From assembly GCA_947491605.1 (NCBI GenBank), contig CANLJW010000001.1, positions 8,829 to 72,828 of the forward strand: a stretch of DNA of 64,000 nt, written 5' to 3'. The notes beneath the pieces were generated by a model, which was not told the DNA's origin, did no database searches, and saw nothing but the letters and a program-made list of their open reading frames with translations. A program made the translations under genes and the position numbers. Below are positions 1-11,942 of this stretch, in pieces. Position 1 is the stretch's first letter. Every line of letters starts with the position of its first letter. Source of the DNA: Actinomycetota bacterium (lineage in GTDB: Bacteria > Actinomycetota > Actinomycetes > Nanopelagicales > Nanopelagicaceae).

Positions 1-1524
1 ATTGATTTTGGTGCGCAATACGCCCAATTAATTGCGCGCAGAGTTCGACAAGCAAATGTTTATAGCGAAATCATTCCATCGCATACTGGAGTCTCAGAAA
101 TTATTTCCCGAAAACCCAAAGCAATAATTCTTTCTGGTGGCCCTTCATCTGTATATGAATTTGGCGCACCAACAATTGATAAAGCACTCTTTAAAGCCGG
201 CATCCCAATTTTCGGAATCTGTTATGGATTTCAAGTTATGGCGCAAGCTCTCGGCGGTGTTGTAGATAAGACTGGCAATTCGGAATATGGCCGCACAAAT
301 TTTAATGCAAAAAATGGCTCTAAAATTCTTGCTGGGCTACCTAATTCATTTAACGTTTGGATGAGCCACGGGGATAGCGTTGTGGCCGCCCCTGCCGGAT
401 TTAGTGGCGTTGGCGCTACCGAAAAAACTCCAATCGCTGCATTTGAAAATACAACCGGATTGTTATCGGGCGTGCAATTTCACCCAGAAGTTTTACACTC
501 TGAAAACGGCCAAGCAATATTACAAAATTGGTTGCTAAATATTGTTGGGTGTAAACCGTCGTGGACTTCGGAAAATATCGCTGAAAGTGAAGTTGCAAAA
601 GTAAAAGCTTTGGTTGGGGAGAAACACGCTATCTGTGGCTTATCTGGCGGCGTGGATTCAGCTGTCGCAGCTGCGATTGTTCAGAAAGCAATTGGCTCCC
701 AATTAACCTGCGTTTTTGTTGATCACGGCTTACTTCGCAAAGGTGAAGCCGAACAAGTTGAAAAAGATTTTGTCGCAGCTACTGGCGTTAAATTAAAAGT
801 TTTTGATGCAAAAGCACAATTCATGTCAGCCCTAAAAGGGGTTACAGATCCAGAAACAAAACGAAAAATTATCGGCCGCGAATTTATTAGAGTTTTTGAA
901 AGTGCTGCTCGAGAAATTTCAGAGTCTGAAACCATTGATTTCTTAGTCCAAGGAACGCTTTATCCGGATGTAGTTGAATCTGGCGGTGGCACCGGAACCG
1001 CAAACATTAAGTCGCATCACAACGTTGGCGGACTCCCAGATGATTTGCAATTTACGTTAATCGAACCGCTACGCGCGCTCTTTAAGGATGAAGTACGAGA
1101 AGTTGGTTTAGAACTAGGCGTGCCGGAAGCGATTGTTTGGCGCCAACCTTTCCCAGGTCCTGGCTTAGGAATTCGGATCATTGGTGAAGTTACTGAGAAT
1201 TCACTAGGAATATTGCGCGATGCGGATTTCATCGTGCGCGAGGAATTACACTTAGCTGGTCTAGATCGCGAGATTTGGCAATGTCCAGTTGTATTGCTTG
1301 CCGAGGTTCGAAGCGTCGGTGTCCAAGGAGATGGCAGAACTTATGGCCACCCGATCGTGCTTCGGCCAGTCTCAAGTGAAGATGCAATGACAGCAGATTG
1401 GTCACGACTTCCATACGAAGTTTTGGCAAAGATCTCAACCAGAATTACAAATGAAGTAAAAGATGTCAACCGAGTGGTGCTGGACATAACTAGCAAACCG
1501 CCTGGCACGATTGAGTGGGAGTGA
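1..1524 (+). CDS. guaA: GMP synthase (glutamine-hydrolysing), 5' end cut by window edge
   Basis: Frame 1 is open from nt 1 ([16 protein letters not shown]...). GATase motifs CYGFQ and HPEV; ATP-PPase P-loop SGGVDS; typical C-terminus GTIEWE; stop TGA 1522-1524. Confidence 0.97.
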   Translation: MDFGAQYAQLIARRVRQANVYSEIIPSHTGVSEIISRKPKAIILSGGPSSVYEFGAPTIDKALFKAGIPIFGICYGFQVMAQALGGVVDKTGNSEYGRTNFNAKNGSKILAGLPNSFNVWMSHGDSVVAAPAGFSGVGATEKTPIAAFENTTGLLSGVQFHPEVLHSENGQAILQNWLLNIVGCKPSWTSENIAESEVAKVKALVGEKHAICGLSGGVDSAVAAAIVQKAIGSQLTCVFVDHGLLRKGEAEQVEKDFVAATGVKLKVFDAKAQFMSALKGVTDPETKRKIIGREFIRVFESAAREISESETIDFLVQGTLYPDVVESGGGTGTANIKSHHNVGGLPDDLQFTLIEPLRALFKDEVREVGLELGVPEAIVWRQPFPGPGLGIRIIGEVTENSLGILRDADFIVREELHLAGLDREIWQCPVVLLAEVRSVGVQGDGRTYGHPIVLRPVSSEDAMTADWSRLPYEVLAKISTRITNEVKDVNRVVLDITSKPPGTIEWE

Positions 1525-1526
1525 GA

Positions 1527-2183
1527 ATGAAACGAGTAGTTACAGCAACTGTAATTGCTGCATTTATTTTAGCGCCACTGCCTTCGTTTGCCGGGAGTAA
1601 AGTAGAGAAAATTTCAGAAACTGAATTAAAGTGCAAAAGGACTAATTCGGTAGCCCATGCCGCACCAAAAGTTTTTCCACCTAAGATGTTGTTAAAAAAA
1701 CCCGTTAAATCAATTACTTTTGTCACAAATTGTGGAAATATCGTGGTTGAACCGCTAAATAATTTAGCGCCGCTCACAGTTACTGCAATCACTGCGCTAG
1801 CAAAAGGTCGATTTTATAATAAAACTCTCTGCCATCGAATGATGAACAATGGCGCTTATTTCTTACAATGCGGCGACCCAACCGCATCTGGTTTTGGCGG
1901 CCCAGCTTGGCAACCATATGCTGATGAAAATCTCCCAGTTGATGGTCCAGCAAATTACCCAGCCGGCACCGTTGCTATGGCAAATTCTGGACCAAATACA
2001 AATGGCAGCCAATTTTTCTTGGTTTATCAAGATACCCAATTCGATCCAAATTATACGATTTGGGGAAAAATTACCGCTGGCTTAAATATCGTAAAAGCAA
2101 TTGGTGCTGCAGGCGTTAAAGGTGGCGGATCAGTTGGTACACCTGCTACGAAGATTGCGATTGAAAGCGTAATTGTTAATTAA
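1527..2183 (+). CDS. secreted cyclophilin-type peptidyl-prolyl cis-trans isomerase
   Basis: ATG 1527 preceded by GGAGTGAGA. N-terminal signal peptide MKRVVTATVIAAFILAPLPSFAGS. Cyclophilin motifs GDPTASGFGGP and MANSGPNTNGSQFF. Confidence 0.9.
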   Translation: MKRVVTATVIAAFILAPLPSFAGSKVEKISETELKCKRTNSVAHAAPKVFPPKMLLKKPVKSITFVTNCGNIVVEPLNNLAPLTVTAITALAKGRFYNKTLCHRMMNNGAYFLQCGDPTASGFGGPAWQPYADENLPVDGPANYPAGTVAMANSGPNTNGSQFFLVYQDTQFDPNYTIWGKITAGLNIVKAIGAAGVKGGGSVGTPATKIAIESVIVN

Positions 2184-2911
2184 TTAGTATTAACAATCTT
2201 AAAGACTTCAGCAACTCTGCCTTCAGCTAAACCATTTGCTTGTGCGTTTCGTTCTCCCCAAGACCTAACCATATTTTCTAGCTCTGCATTATGTGCAGTC
2301 TGGCTTACATGCGCTTTAAGCGCTGCGATTTTCTTAGGAAAAGTTTCGGTAACATCAATAAAGTAATCTGGATTTGGGGATGCCATCACCCATACTTCTT
2401 TCACACGCCAAGGTTCGAAACCTTCCGCTTTAAGTTCGGGAAATGCAAATGGATTTCTAGCATCTGGATAAACCGCTTGGATAGCCGCTTCGCCTGCAGC
2501 TAGGTGATCGGGATGAGATGCACCGATTCGTTCCCAATTTCGGTCTGGTGATTGAATCACCATTCGGTCTGGCTTTGCGATTCGAATTGCTTTAACAATA
2601 TCGCGCCGCAATTGAATTGTTGGCTCAAGCCAGCCATCGCGATAATTTAAGAAAGTTATATCGGTAACCCCAAGTACGCCACCGGCGTTACGTTGTTCTT
2701 GCTGTCTAACGCGTGGCATTTCTTCCACTGGTACATCAGATTCTTCGCCACCTTGGTCGCCATTAGTGCAGATGCAATATGCAACTTCGATTCCAGCTTC
2801 GATCCATTTTGCAATGGTGCCACCAGCGCCGAAATCGCAATCATCAGGATGAGCGGTAACAACAAGAATCTTCTTGATTTCATTATCTGGCAGCGGAGTT
2901 GCAATGGTCAT
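2180..2911 (-). CDS. PIG-L/LmbE family N-acetylglucosaminyl deacetylase
   Basis: VVTAHPDDCDFGAGG zinc-binding motif and HPDH motif. SD GAGAGGA upstream of ATG 2911. 3' end overlaps the PPIase stop by 4 nt. Confidence 0.85.
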   Translation of the reverse strand: MTIATPLPDNEIKKILVVTAHPDDCDFGAGGTIAKWIEAGIEVAYCICTNGDQGGEESDVPVEEMPRVRQQEQRNAGGVLGVTDITFLNYRDGWLEPTIQLRRDIVKAIRIAKPDRMVIQSPDRNWERIGASHPDHLAAGEAAIQAVYPDARNPFAFPELKAEGFEPWRVKEVWVMASPNPDYFIDVTETFPKKIAALKAHVSQTAHNAELENMVRSWGERNAQANGLAEGRVAEVFKIVNTN

Positions 2912-2961
2912 TTACGAATCCTCTCAGAGGAACGGAGCGGAGTCATATCAGCGCCCGCCGA

Positions 2962-2967
2962 TAGACT
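2962..2967 (+). promoter_or_regulatory. -10-like TANNNT hexamer, candidate leaderless promoter of pcrA
   Basis: TAGACT, then a 7-nt spacer, then GTG 2975. No SD. Confidence 0.45.
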
Positions 2968-2974
2968 CCCGCTC

Positions 2975-5197
2975 GTGCCAAGTTCTGAGCAATTACTTGA
3001 AGGGTTAAACCTGCCACAGCAAGCAGCGGTTAAACATCAAGGTGGTCCGCTTTTGGTAATTGCCGGCGCTGGCTCTGGCAAAACTCGAGTATTAACTAGG
3101 CGGATCGCTCATTTGATGGCAGCGCGCGGCGCAGCGCCATTCGAAATTCTTGCAATCACATTTACAAATAAGGCTGCCGGCGAGATGAAAGAACGCGTAG
3201 CCGAACTTATAGGCGATCGAGCTCGCGCAATGTGGGTCTCCACCTTTCACTCTGCTTGCGTGCGAATTCTGCGCCAAGAAGCGACTCGAATTGGATTCAC
3301 TAATTCATTTACCATTTATGACCAATCCGATAGTTTGCGGTTAATAACTTTAGTTTTACGGGATATGAACTTAGATCCGAAGCGGTACGCACCACGTGCA
3401 GCCCAAGCGATAATTTCTAATGCTAAAAATGAATTAATCGGACCTGCTGATTTTGCAAATCAGAGCAATAACGCATTCGAACAAATTGTCGGCGAGGTCT
3501 ATGCGGTTTACCAACGTCGACTGACGGACGCTAACTCCATGGATTTTGATGATTTGATAGCGCGCACCGTAGATGTGCTCCGCCGGTTTCCAGATGCAAA
3601 ACTCCGATATCGAAATCGATTTAAACATGTCCTAATTGATGAATACCAAGACACCAACCACGCGCAATATGCATTGATCCGAGAATTAGTGGGTAACGAA
3701 CTAGAGGGGATTCCACCAGCCGAACTCTGCGTAGTGGGTGATGCGGATCAATCTATTTACGGTTTTCGTGGCGCAACGATTCGAAACATTTTGCAATTCG
3801 AAGCGGATTATCCAAATGCGACCACAATTTTGTTAGAGCAAAATTATCGGTCGACGCAAAATATTCTCACTGCAGCCAATGCTGTAATTTCTAAGAACGA
3901 ATCTCGGAAAGAGAAAAATCTTTGGTCCGAAGCAGGAACCGGCGCGTTCCTTACTGGTTACATTGCTGAAGATGAGCATGACGAAGCTAGTTTTATCCGC
4001 GATGAGATTTTTAGATTACAACGTGAAGGAATTTCAAACCCAGGCGACACTGCAATTTTTTATCGGACAAACGCCCAATCTCGAGTCTTTGAAGAAGTCT
4101 TTATGCGAGCCACCATTCCATACAAAGTTGTTGGTGGAGTGCGATTTTATGAACGGAAAGAAGTTAAGGATTTATTGGGATATTTGAAAGTTCTGCAAAA
4201 CCCAAGCGATGAAGTTTCACTTCGCAGAATCATCAATACACCAAAACGTGGAATTGGCGATCGCGCTCTTGATGGTGCGGATGAAATCATGAAGCGTGAA
4301 GGCATACCTTTTTGGAACGCGCTAATCCGCATCGCAGAAGCGGATCTGCCGGCACGAGCCACTTCCGCGATAAATTCATTCGTATCGCTAATCACGGCGC
4401 TTCAAGTTTTAGTTGAAGTTAATACAAAGCCTTCCGTAATTGCCGCAGCAGTTTTAGAACAATCTGGAATGTTAGATGAGTTAAAAAATAGCGGTGACCC
4501 ACAAGATGAAGGAAGAGTTGAAAACTTAGAAGAATTAGTAGCTGTGGCAGAAGAATATGAAGAGAGTGAAGTCGATGAAGGTGAAGTAATTTCACTCGCT
4601 GGATTTCTCGAAGATGTGGCGTTGGTTGCCGACTCTGATCAAATACCCGATGGCGCTGAACATGGTGGCGTTGTAACCCTGATGACGCTTCACACCGCTA
4701 AAGGTTTGGAATTTCCCACAGTTTTTCTTACCGGAATGGAAGAAGGAATTTTTCCGCACTCAAGATCTCTCGGCGATAAGAAAGAATTGGAAGAAGAACG
4801 TCGACTTGCATACGTTGGCTTAACTAGAGCTCGCCAACATTTATATTTGTCGCGGGCTGAATATCGTTCTGCTTGGGGAGCGCCGAATTACAATCCAGCT
4901 TCGCGTTTTCTTGATGAAATTCCAGAGTCGATAATTAAATGGAATCAAACTCCTGAAAAGACTTTCACAACTACTCGAACTAAGAAATTCTTATCAACTC
5001 CGCCGCCTCGCCCAACCGGTAAGAAATCTGTTGTAATGGATTTAAATCCGGGCGATCGAGTCACTCATGACACATTCGGTTTAGGGACTGTGATAACCAT
5101 CTCAGGCGAGGGCGATAAAGCCGAAGCCACGATTGATTTTGGTGGTTATGGCGAAAAACGGTTATTGCTCCGTTATGCGCCAGTAGGTAAGTTATGA
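2975..5197 (+). CDS. pcrA: ATP-dependent DNA helicase PcrA/UvrD1
   Basis: Start GTG 2975 gives [19 protein letters not shown]. Walker [15 protein letters not shown] (motif II), [18 protein letters not shown]-terminal Tudor-like tail. The longer ORF from 2693 overlaps the opposite-strand PIG-L gene. Confidence 0.93.
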   Translation: MPSSEQLLEGLNLPQQAAVKHQGGPLLVIAGAGSGKTRVLTRRIAHLMAARGAAPFEILAITFTNKAAGEMKERVAELIGDRARAMWVSTFHSACVRILRQEATRIGFTNSFTIYDQSDSLRLITLVLRDMNLDPKRYAPRAAQAIISNAKNELIGPADFANQSNNAFEQIVGEVYAVYQRRLTDANSMDFDDLIARTVDVLRRFPDAKLRYRNRFKHVLIDEYQDTNHAQYALIRELVGNELEGIPPAELCVVGDADQSIYGFRGATIRNILQFEADYPNATTILLEQNYRSTQNILTAANAVISKNESRKEKNLWSEAGTGAFLTGYIAEDEHDEASFIRDEIFRLQREGISNPGDTAIFYRTNAQSRVFEEVFMRATIPYKVVGGVRFYERKEVKDLLGYLKVLQNPSDEVSLRRIINTPKRGIGDRALDGADEIMKREGIPFWNALIRIAEADLPARATSAINSFVSLITALQVLVEVNTKPSVIAAAVLEQSGMLDELKNSGDPQDEGRVENLEELVAVAEEYEESEVDEGEVISLAGFLEDVALVADSDQIPDGAEHGGVVTLMTLHTAKGLEFPTVFLTGMEEGIFPHSRSLGDKKELEEERRLAYVGLTRARQHLYLSRAEYRSAWGAPNYNPASRFLDEIPESIIKWNQTPEKTFTTTRTKKFLSTPPPRPTGKKSVVMDLNPGDRVTHDTFGLGTVITISGEGDKAEATIDFGGYGEKRLLLRYAPVGKL

Positions 5198-5616
5198 GCG
5201 TGTCCGACTCCGTTAAGAATTCGCCAATCCGAGTTGTTGTCGCCAAACCAGGTTTAGATGGTCATGATCGCGGTGCCAAAGTTGTGGCGCGCGCTTTGCG
5301 AGATGCTGGTTGTGAAGTTATTTACACCGGTTTACATCAAACCCCAGAACAAATTGTTAGCACTGCGGTTCAAGAAGATGCCGATGCAATTGGACTTTCA
5401 ATTCTCTCTGGTGCACACATGTCGTTATTTGCACGGATTATTGATTTGTTGAAGAATGAGAAAGCAGAAGATATTATTTTATTTGGCGGTGGAATTATTC
5501 CGGATGCCGATATAAAGTCTTTGAAAGTGATGGGCGTTGCTGAAATATTTACCCCAGGAGCACCAACCGAAGAAATCGTAAAATGGTTAAAAGGAGCTGT
5601 GCATGGATCTATTTGA
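5194..5616 (+). CDS. methylmalonyl-CoA mutase small subunit (stand-alone B12-binding domain)
   Basis: 140 aa. Base-off/His-on cobalamin motif DGHDRG in [26 protein letters not shown] overlap with the pcrA stop; 14-nt overlap with the sucC start. Confidence 0.88.
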   Translation: MSVSDSVKNSPIRVVVAKPGLDGHDRGAKVVARALRDAGCEVIYTGLHQTPEQIVSTAVQEDADAIGLSILSGAHMSLFARIIDLLKNEKAEDIILFGGGIIPDADIKSLKVMGVAEIFTPGAPTEEIVKWLKGAVHGSI

Positions 5617-6766
5617 GTATCAGGCACGAGATTTATTCGAAGCGCATGGCGTGCCAGTTCTCAAAGGAGCAGTAGCCACAACTCCCGAAGCAGCATTTAC
5701 AGCAGCCGAGTCAATGGGTGGTCGTGTTGTTGTAAAAGCGCAAGTAAAAGTTGGTGGTCGTGGTAAAGCCGGTGGTGTCAAGCTTGCTGAGAACGCCGAA
5801 GCTGCGCGCGAAAAAGCAAAAGCAATCCTTGGTATGGATATCAAAGGCCATACCGTCTATAAAGTGATGATTGCGCAAGCTGCGCCAATTGAAAGTGAGT
5901 ACTACTTAGCAATTCTGCTAGACCGAACAAACCGATCGTTTTTAGTAATGGCATCGGTCTCCGGTGGCATGGAAATTGAAGAAGTAGCACATAAGACGCC
6001 AGAAAAATTAGCAAAAGTTAATATAGATCCAAACATCGGAATATCCCAAGAACTTGCGTTAGAAATTGTGCGCAAAGGTGGTTTTGGTCCAGATGTTGAT
6101 CGGGCCGTTGCTGATGTTTTAGTTACGCTCTGGAAAACTTTTGTAGCTGAAGACGCAACTCTGGTTGAAGTTAACCCGCTAGTTAAAACATCAGATGGAA
6201 AAATCATTGCCCTCGATGGAAAAGTTACTTTGGATGACAGCGCTATTTTCCGTCATGCCGATCATGAAGCGCTAGTTGATCACGATGCGGCCGATCCGTT
6301 AGAAGCGCTCGCTAAAGCTAAAGAATTAAATTATGTAAAACTCGATGGCGAAGTTGGCATCATCGGAAATGGTGCCGGATTAGTAATGAGCACTCTCGAT
6401 GTTGTTGCCTATGCCGGCGAAAAATTCGGCGGTGTAAAACCAGCTAACTTCTTAGATATCGGCGGCGGCGCTTCTGCCCAAGTTATGGCTGATGGACTTT
6501 CCATTATTCTTGGCGACCCTGCCGTTAAAAGCGTATTTGTAAATGTTTTTGGTGGCATCACTGCTTGCGACGCGGTTGCAAACGGAATTGTGCAAGCGCT
6601 AGAAATGCTCGGCGCGAAAGCGACAAAACCAATTGTGGTTCGGTTAGATGGTAACAACGTTATTGAAGGCCGCAGAATTTTGAGCGCAGCAGCGCACCCA
6701 TTAGTAGAACAACTCGACACCATGGATGGCGCTGCAAGTCGAGCTGCAGAATTGGCGGCAAAATAA
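5603..6766 (+). CDS. sucC: succinyl-CoA synthetase beta subunit
   Basis: [13 protein letters not shown]-terminus, ATP-grasp domain, [12 protein letters not shown] motif, 387 aa. Confidence 0.97.
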   Translation: MDLFEYQARDLFEAHGVPVLKGAVATTPEAAFTAAESMGGRVVVKAQVKVGGRGKAGGVKLAENAEAAREKAKAILGMDIKGHTVYKVMIAQAAPIESEYYLAILLDRTNRSFLVMASVSGGMEIEEVAHKTPEKLAKVNIDPNIGISQELALEIVRKGGFGPDVDRAVADVLVTLWKTFVAEDATLVEVNPLVKTSDGKIIALDGKVTLDDSAIFRHADHEALVDHDAADPLEALAKAKELNYVKLDGEVGIIGNGAGLVMSTLDVVAYAGEKFGGVKPANFLDIGGGASAQVMADGLSIILGDPAVKSVFVNVFGGITACDAVANGIVQALEMLGAKATKPIVVRLDGNNVIEGRRILSAAAHPLVEQLDTMDGAASRAAELAAK

Positions 6767-7647
6767 TGGCTATCTTCTTAAATAAAGAGAGCAAAGTTAT
6801 TGTGCAAGGCATGACTGGTTCTGAAGGAAGTAAACACACTAAGCGAATGTTGGCTGCTGGTACAAAAATTGTTGGCGGAGTAACGCCAGGCAAAGGTGGC
6901 CAAACCGTGGATATTGATGGCACGATGTTGCCAGTTTTTAACTCAGTTTCGGAAGCAGTCGCTGCAACTGGTGCAAATGCTTCAGTAGTTTTCGTACCAC
7001 CAAAGTTTGCAAAATCTGCAGTAATTGATGCAGTTGATGCAAAACTTCCGTTAGTTGTTGTGATCACTGAGGGAATTCCAGTACACGACACTGCTGCATT
7101 TTTCGCTTATGCCCAAAGTAAAGGCAGAACTCGCTTAATCGGCCCAAACTGCCCAGGCTTAATTAGCCCAGGGCTTTCTAATGTTGGAATTATTCCAGCC
7201 GACATTACTGGCCCAGGAAAAATTGGTTTAGTTTCTAAATCCGGAACCCTTACATACCAAATGATGTACGAACTTAGAGATTTCGGATTTACCACCGCAG
7301 TTGGAATTGGTGGCGACCCAATTATCGGCACAACTCATATCGACTGCTTACGCGCATTCCAAGATGATCCAGAAACCGAAGCCATCGTGATGATTGGTGA
7401 AATCGGTGGCGATGCGGAAGAACGAGCTGCTGCATTCATCAAAGAATATGTAACTAAACCAGTCGTTGGGTATGTCGCTGGATTTACCGCCCCAGAAGGA
7501 AAGACAATGGGCCATGCGGGAGCGATTGTCTCCGGATCATCAGGTACTGCAGCCGGAAAGAAAGATGCGTTGGAAGCCGCTGGTGTAAAAGTTGGCAAGA
7601 CACCAAGTGAAACTGCAGCGATCATGCGCGCTATTTTGAAGGGCTAA
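6766..7647 (+). CDS. sucD: succinyl-CoA synthetase alpha subunit
   Basis: TAATG junction with suc[10 protein letters not shown] CoA-binding motif, SKSGTLTY, and the active-site His region GHAGAIVSG. Confidence 0.97.
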   Translation: MAIFLNKESKVIVQGMTGSEGSKHTKRMLAAGTKIVGGVTPGKGGQTVDIDGTMLPVFNSVSEAVAATGANASVVFVPPKFAKSAVIDAVDAKLPLVVVITEGIPVHDTAAFFAYAQSKGRTRLIGPNCPGLISPGLSNVGIIPADITGPGKIGLVSKSGTLTYQMMYELRDFGFTTAVGIGGDPIIGTTHIDCLRAFQDDPETEAIVMIGEIGGDAEERAAAFIKEYVTKPVVGYVAGFTAPEGKTMGHAGAIVSGSSGTAAGKKDALEAAGVKVGKTPSETAAIMRAILKG

Positions 7648-7648
7648 T

Positions 7649-8743
7649 GTGAAACGAGTTCTGTGGGTTTGCTTCCAGCAATCTCTGCGGAGCGCAACAC
7701 TTTTCGGATTACCACTCGCATTCTTAGCTTTAATCGGTTGGGCTACTGCGGGAAGTGCAACTGGTCAAACTAGCGATCCGATTAAAGCAGCGCTATGGCT
7801 CTGGTTAGCCGCTCATCACATTCCATTTAATGTAACTTCGCAAAGTGGTGCTGGAACTGGATTACTAACTTATCTTCCAATTGGTGCGATGCTATTTCCA
7901 TTTCTAGCAATCCGAGTGGGGTTTCGTCGCAGCATTGAAAAAATTCAACCAACTCAGAACCACGTTCTGCGTCAGGTTATTTTTGGCTTTGCGTTTGCTT
8001 ACGCAGTGATTGCAACAATCACCGCAGCAATTACAAGTAGCAGCACCATCAGAATTCATTGGTATTTAGCGTTTCCAATAGTTTTTACTTTATCTTGGCT
8101 TATTTCTTTTTTTACGACGGAACTAGAGCCTGGGAAGATAACAAATTTTTTCTGGAAAAAAACTATGCGCACTTCGTTCGTTGGAATTTTTATTATTTGG
8201 GGGGTTGGCGCAATTGTTCTTGGCGTGTCAATCCTGCTCCATCTACCCGTAGTAAATCAATTAACCACCGTAATTCAACCTGGAATTTTCGGCGGATTTG
8301 CTTTATTAATAATACAAATTCTCTATATCCCAAATGTCGCTTTTGCTGCAGTTGGTTATATTATCGGTGCCGGTTTTCACATTGGGAATGGTTCACTAAT
8401 TCATCCGCTAATTCATAAACTCTCTGAAATCCCAGCAATACCAGTGCTCGGTGCGCTACCAGTAAATGTATTTCCAATTGCGATGCTCGGTGCACTGCTA
8501 CCAATCTTTTTTGGATTTTGGGCAAGCAAATCTGGTAGTTCAAAGTACAAAATTTCATTAATCGGTTCAGTAGCGCTGTTATCAACAATAATTTCAATCC
8601 TTGCCAGTGGTGCCCTGCTCAATCGAAATCTTTCCTACATAGGACTTTCTTGGTGGCAGTTTCCATTAGTTATGACTGGCGAGTTCGCTATCGGAGTTGG
8701 AATTACCCGTTTAATTGAAAAGCGAAAGAAAATTAATGGGTGA
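7649..8743 (+). CDS. polytopic membrane protein, DUF6350/PerM-like by position
   Basis: About 10 hydrophobic segments. Lies between sucD and purN, as Rv0955 (perM) does in M. tuberculosis. Family assignment is from synteny and overall character only. Confidence 0.65.
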   Translation: MKRVLWVCFQQSLRSATLFGLPLAFLALIGWATAGSATGQTSDPIKAALWLWLAAHHIPFNVTSQSGAGTGLLTYLPIGAMLFPFLAIRVGFRRSIEKIQPTQNHVLRQVIFGFAFAYAVIATITAAITSSSTIRIHWYLAFPIVFTLSWLISFFTTELEPGKITNFFWKKTMRTSFVGIFIIWGVGAIVLGVSILLHLPVVNQLTTVIQPGIFGGFALLIIQILYIPNVAFAAVGYIIGAGFHIGNGSLIHPLIHKLSEIPAIPVLGALPVNVFPIAMLGALLPIFFGFWASKSGSSKYKISLIGSVALLSTIISILASGALLNRNLSYIGLSWWQFPLVMTGEFAIGVGITRLIEKRKKING

Positions 8744-9299
8744 ACATACGATTGTCATTCTGGCTTCTGGAAGTGGCACACTGGCCCAAGCGCTAATAGA
8801 TGCGGCTGAACGAAACGAATTGGATTGCGAGATTTCCGCGATAATCTCAGATAAACAATCTCAAGTTTTAGAACGTGCTCGAAAGTATGACATTACAAAC
8901 TTTTATTTGCCGCTTGCAAAAGATAGATCTGATTGGGATAGAAAGTTATTAGATCTAGTAAATAAATTGAAACCAGATCTAGTTGTAAGCGCAGGCTTCA
9001 TGCGAATTTTGTCACCAGAATTTGTTTCAAGATTTGATTGCATTAATTCGCACCCATCACTATTACCTGCATTCCCAGGCGCACATGCAGTCCGGGATGC
9101 GTTAGCAGCCGGGGTAACCGAAACGGGATGCACCGTGCATTGGATTGATGCCGGGATAGATACTGGACCGATTATTGGACAAATCCCAATGCCGATCTAT
9201 CCAACCGATAGTGAAGAAACGCTGCACGAACGCATTAAGATTGCCGAACGAGCGCTCATTGTTGAGACCGTTTCCGCTTTGCTGGCTGATAAGCACTGA
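8736..9299 (+). CDS. purN: phosphoribosylglycinamide formyltransferase
   Basis: ATG 8736 overlaps the upstream stop by 8 nt. VILASGSGT, NSHPSLLPAFPG and the catalytic Asp region HWIDAGIDTGPII. Confidence 0.92.
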   Translation: MGEHTIVILASGSGTLAQALIDAAERNELDCEISAIISDKQSQVLERARKYDITNFYLPLAKDRSDWDRKLLDLVNKLKPDLVVSAGFMRILSPEFVSRFDCINSHPSLLPAFPGAHAVRDALAAGVTETGCTVHWIDAGIDTGPIIGQIPMPIYPTDSEETLHERIKIAERALIVETVSALLADKH

Positions 9300-9319
9300 A
9301 GATTTAACGGGAGAATTAA

Positions 9320-10870
9320 TTGTCCACACGCAAACCAATTCGCAGAGCTCTGGTTAGCGTTTACGATAAAACTGGTTTAATTGAATTAGGGAATGCGCTT
9401 AATAAAGCTGGCGTTCTCATACTCTCAACTGGCTCTACCGCAAAGAAATTATTAGACGCTGGGATTCCGGTTACTCCAGTTGAGGAATATACAAATTTTC
9501 CGGAGATGTTAGATGGTCGAGTAAAAACACTTCATCCAAGAATTCATGCCGGATTATTAGCAGATCAATCAAATAGCGATCATCTGGCCCAACTTGAAGC
9601 CGAAAATATTGAAGCATTTGATTTAGTGGTAATTAATTTGTATCCATTTACGCAAACCATTGAATCTGGTGCAGCTTTTGAAGAATGTATAGAACAGATC
9701 GATATCGGTGGACCATCAATGTTGCGTGGCGCAGCTAAGAATCACAATAGCGTGGCGGTAATTTCAGATCCTTCGCAATATCAAACTTTAGTTACCGCCC
9801 TTGACGCCGGTGGCTTCACGATTAAGGAACGCCGCCAGCTAGCGCTAGAAACTTATCGGCGGACTGGTGAATATGACATTGCAATTTCAGAGTGGTTATC
9901 TAAATTTACCGATTGCGAAGGCTTGCCAGAATGGACCGGTCGCGTCTGGCATAAAGTAAACGATCTTCGTTATGGCGAAAACCCACATCAGAGCGCGGCT
10001 TTTTATCGAAGTTCAAATCGAACTATCGGTTTAGCTGCAACCGAACAATTACATGGCAAAGAAATGTCCTTTAATAACTTCACCGATGCAGATGCAGCTT
10101 GGCGTACGGCGTGGGATCAGAGCGAACCTTGCGTTGCCATAATTAAACATGCCAATCCATGTGGAGTTGCTATCGGAGAAAACATTGCCGACGCATACGC
10201 AAAAGCCCACGCTTGTGATTCCATCTCAGCATTTGGTGGTGTAGTTGCGGCAAACCGGGAAATTTCGGTAGAAATGGCGACCGCACTTTCAGAAATCTTT
10301 ACCGAAGTTGTCATCGCACCTTCATACGAGAGCGGTGCAATAGAAATTCTTTCAAAGAAACCCTCAATTCGAATTCTAAAAGCAAGTGAATATGTGCGCC
10401 CAGAATTAGAACTCCGTCCAGTCTTAGGTGGGCTATTAATTCAAAGTACAGATGCAATTGATGCTTCAGGTGATTCTTTTTCTAATTGGAAGCAAGTTTC
10501 TGGTGGTGAAATTTCGGATGCAATAAGAGCAGATTTAGAATTTGCTTGGCGTGCAATTCGCTCGGTAAAGAGCAATGCAATTTTGCTCGCAAAAGATGGT
10601 GCATCTGTTGGAATTGGAATGGGCCAAGTTAATCGAGTCGATTCCGCTGGGTTAGCAGTAGCGCGCGCAGGGGATCGTGTAAAAAATTCGGTTGCAGCCA
10701 GCGATGCATTTTTTCCATTTGCAGATGGTCTACAAATATTAATTGATGCTGGAGTAACAGCAGTCGTGCAACCGGGAGGCAGTGTTCGCGATGAAGCGGT
10801 AATTGCGGCGGCAACTAAGGCCGGAATTGCAATGTTTTTCACGGGAGTTCGCCATTTCTCGCATGCCTAA
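9320..10870 (+). CDS. purH: bifunctional AICAR transformylase / IMP cyclohydrolase
   Basis: TTG 9320 with [19 protein letters not shown] (MGS-like domain), GRVKTLHP, and C-terminus RHFSHA-type end. Confidence 0.97.
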   Translation: MSTRKPIRRALVSVYDKTGLIELGNALNKAGVLILSTGSTAKKLLDAGIPVTPVEEYTNFPEMLDGRVKTLHPRIHAGLLADQSNSDHLAQLEAENIEAFDLVVINLYPFTQTIESGAAFEECIEQIDIGGPSMLRGAAKNHNSVAVISDPSQYQTLVTALDAGGFTIKERRQLALETYRRTGEYDIAISEWLSKFTDCEGLPEWTGRVWHKVNDLRYGENPHQSAAFYRSSNRTIGLAATEQLHGKEMSFNNFTDADAAWRTAWDQSEPCVAIIKHANPCGVAIGENIADAYAKAHACDSISAFGGVVAANREISVEMATALSEIFTEVVIAPSYESGAIEILSKKPSIRILKASEYVRPELELRPVLGGLLIQSTDAIDASGDSFSNWKQVSGGEISDAIRADLEFAWRAIRSVKSNAILLAKDGASVGIGMGQVNRVDSAGLAVARAGDRVKNSVAASDAFFPFADGLQILIDAGVTAVVQPGGSVRDEAVIAAATKAGIAMFFTGVRHFSHA

Positions 10871-10876
10871 CTGCCC

Positions 10877-10882
10877 TAAGAT
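10877..10882 (+). promoter_or_regulatory. -10-like TANNNT hexamer upstream of folD (candidate internal leaderless promoter)
   Basis: TAAGAT, then the 6-nt spacer TGCGCT, then ATG 10889. No SD in the 18-nt purH-folD gap. Confidence 0.4.
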
Positions 10883-10888
10883 TGCGCT

Positions 10889-11719
10889 ATGACAACTGCG
10901 AAAATTCTTGATGGCAAAGCGGTTGCCCAATTAATTAAAAGCGAATTGCAAGCACGAATTTCAGCTGCAAAATTAACACCTGGCTTAGGTACGGTTCTAG
11001 TTGGTGATGATGCGGGTTCGCATGCATATGTAGGCGGCAAACATAGAGATTGCGCTGAAGTTGGAATCAAATCGATTCGAATCGATTTACCTGCAACTGC
11101 CTCGGAAGCTGATGTTTTAAAGGCGATCTCAGATTTGAATAGCGCAAGCGAATGCACCGGATATATTGTGCAGTTACCGTTACCAAATGGAATCAACGCT
11201 CAAAAAGTTTTAGAAGCAATTGATCCAGATAAAGATGCCGATGGATTACACCCGCTAAATTTAGGTCGATTAGTTATGGGTGAAAAAGCTCCACTGCCTT
11301 GCACTCCTGCTGGAATTGTTGAACTGCTAAAGCGTTATGAAATTCCATTAAACGGAGCTGAAGTTGTGGTGATTGGCCGCGGCCTAACTGTTGGTCGTCC
11401 ACTTGGATTATTACTAAATCGCAAAAGTGAAAATGCAACTGTTACTTTGACACATACTGGAACGAAAGATTTAGCCGCCCATACAAAGCGCGCTGATATT
11501 GTGATTGCGGCAATCGGCAAAGCGCATTTCTTAAAAGCAGATATGGTAAAGGCTGGCGCAGTCGTATTAGATGTTGGAATTACCCGAACTGAATCTGGTT
11601 TGCAAGGAGATGTTGATCCCACCGTCGCAAATGTTGCTTCATATATCGCACCAATGCCAGGTGGAGTTGGTCCAATGACTCGCGCTATGTTGCTACGTAA
11701 CGTTGTCGAGATGGCTTAA
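10889..11719 (+). CDS. folD: bifunctional methylenetetrahydrofolate dehydrogenase/cyclohydrolase
   Basis: ILDGKAVA start, [42 protein letters not shown]. Confidence 0.96.
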   Translation: MTTAKILDGKAVAQLIKSELQARISAAKLTPGLGTVLVGDDAGSHAYVGGKHRDCAEVGIKSIRIDLPATASEADVLKAISDLNSASECTGYIVQLPLPNGINAQKVLEAIDPDKDADGLHPLNLGRLVMGEKAPLPCTPAGIVELLKRYEIPLNGAEVVVIGRGLTVGRPLGLLLNRKSENATVTLTHTGTKDLAAHTKRADIVIAAIGKAHFLKADMVKAGAVVLDVGITRTESGLQGDVDPTVANVASYIAPMPGGVGPMTRAMLLRNVVEMA

Positions 11720-11942
11720 ATTGTTTGCCAGAATTGGATATCTCGCTGCAATAGTCGGCGTTTTAGTTGGAGCGATCGCGCAAGTTAGAGTGGGAGCGCT
11801 ATTAATTGCAATTGGGCTAGCGCTAGTTTCCATTCCTAAATTCAAAGGTAATTGGTCGGTTCGTCGCATTGATACTTTGATTCCGGCGGCCCTGATTGTG
11901 GCCCTAATTACAATCGCAATCGCGTTACCGCGTGGCAGATAG
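11703..11942 (+). CDS. small two-TM membrane protein (DUF3017-like by position after folD)
   Basis: 79-aa ORF with two hydrophobic helices, overlapping the folD end. TTG start is uncertain (alternative TTG at 11721). Confidence 0.5.
   Translation: MSRWLKLFARIGYLAAIVGVLVGAIAQVRVGALLIAIGLALVSIPKFKGNWSVRRIDTLIPAALIVALITIAIALPRGR

Noticed and set aside
2693-2974. 94-codon N-terminal extension of the pcrA ORF, as listed in the ORF track.
   Set aside because: It lies entirely antisense within the PIG-L deacetylase gene and has no helicase-like sequence. GTG 2975 gives the canonical N-terminus (..[13 protein letters not shown]) and is preceded by TAGACT at the leaderless-promoter spacing.
6660-7091. 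Long antisense or alternative-frame ORFs of 100-170 aa. Examples: 6660-7091, 10441-10842, 14884-15285, 17852-18367, 28039-28446, 29915-30325, 54776-55177, 58438-58878, 59098-59502, 8059-8418.
   Set aside because: All are embedded in strongly supported conserved genes. They have Ala/Ser/Pro/Arg-rich or low-complexity translations typical of shadow frames, and no SD or leaderless signal.
9300-10888. ZTP (pfl) or THF riboswitches, which often precede purH and folD.
   Set aside because: The upstream gaps are only 20 nt (purH) and 18 nt (folD), too short for any aptamer.
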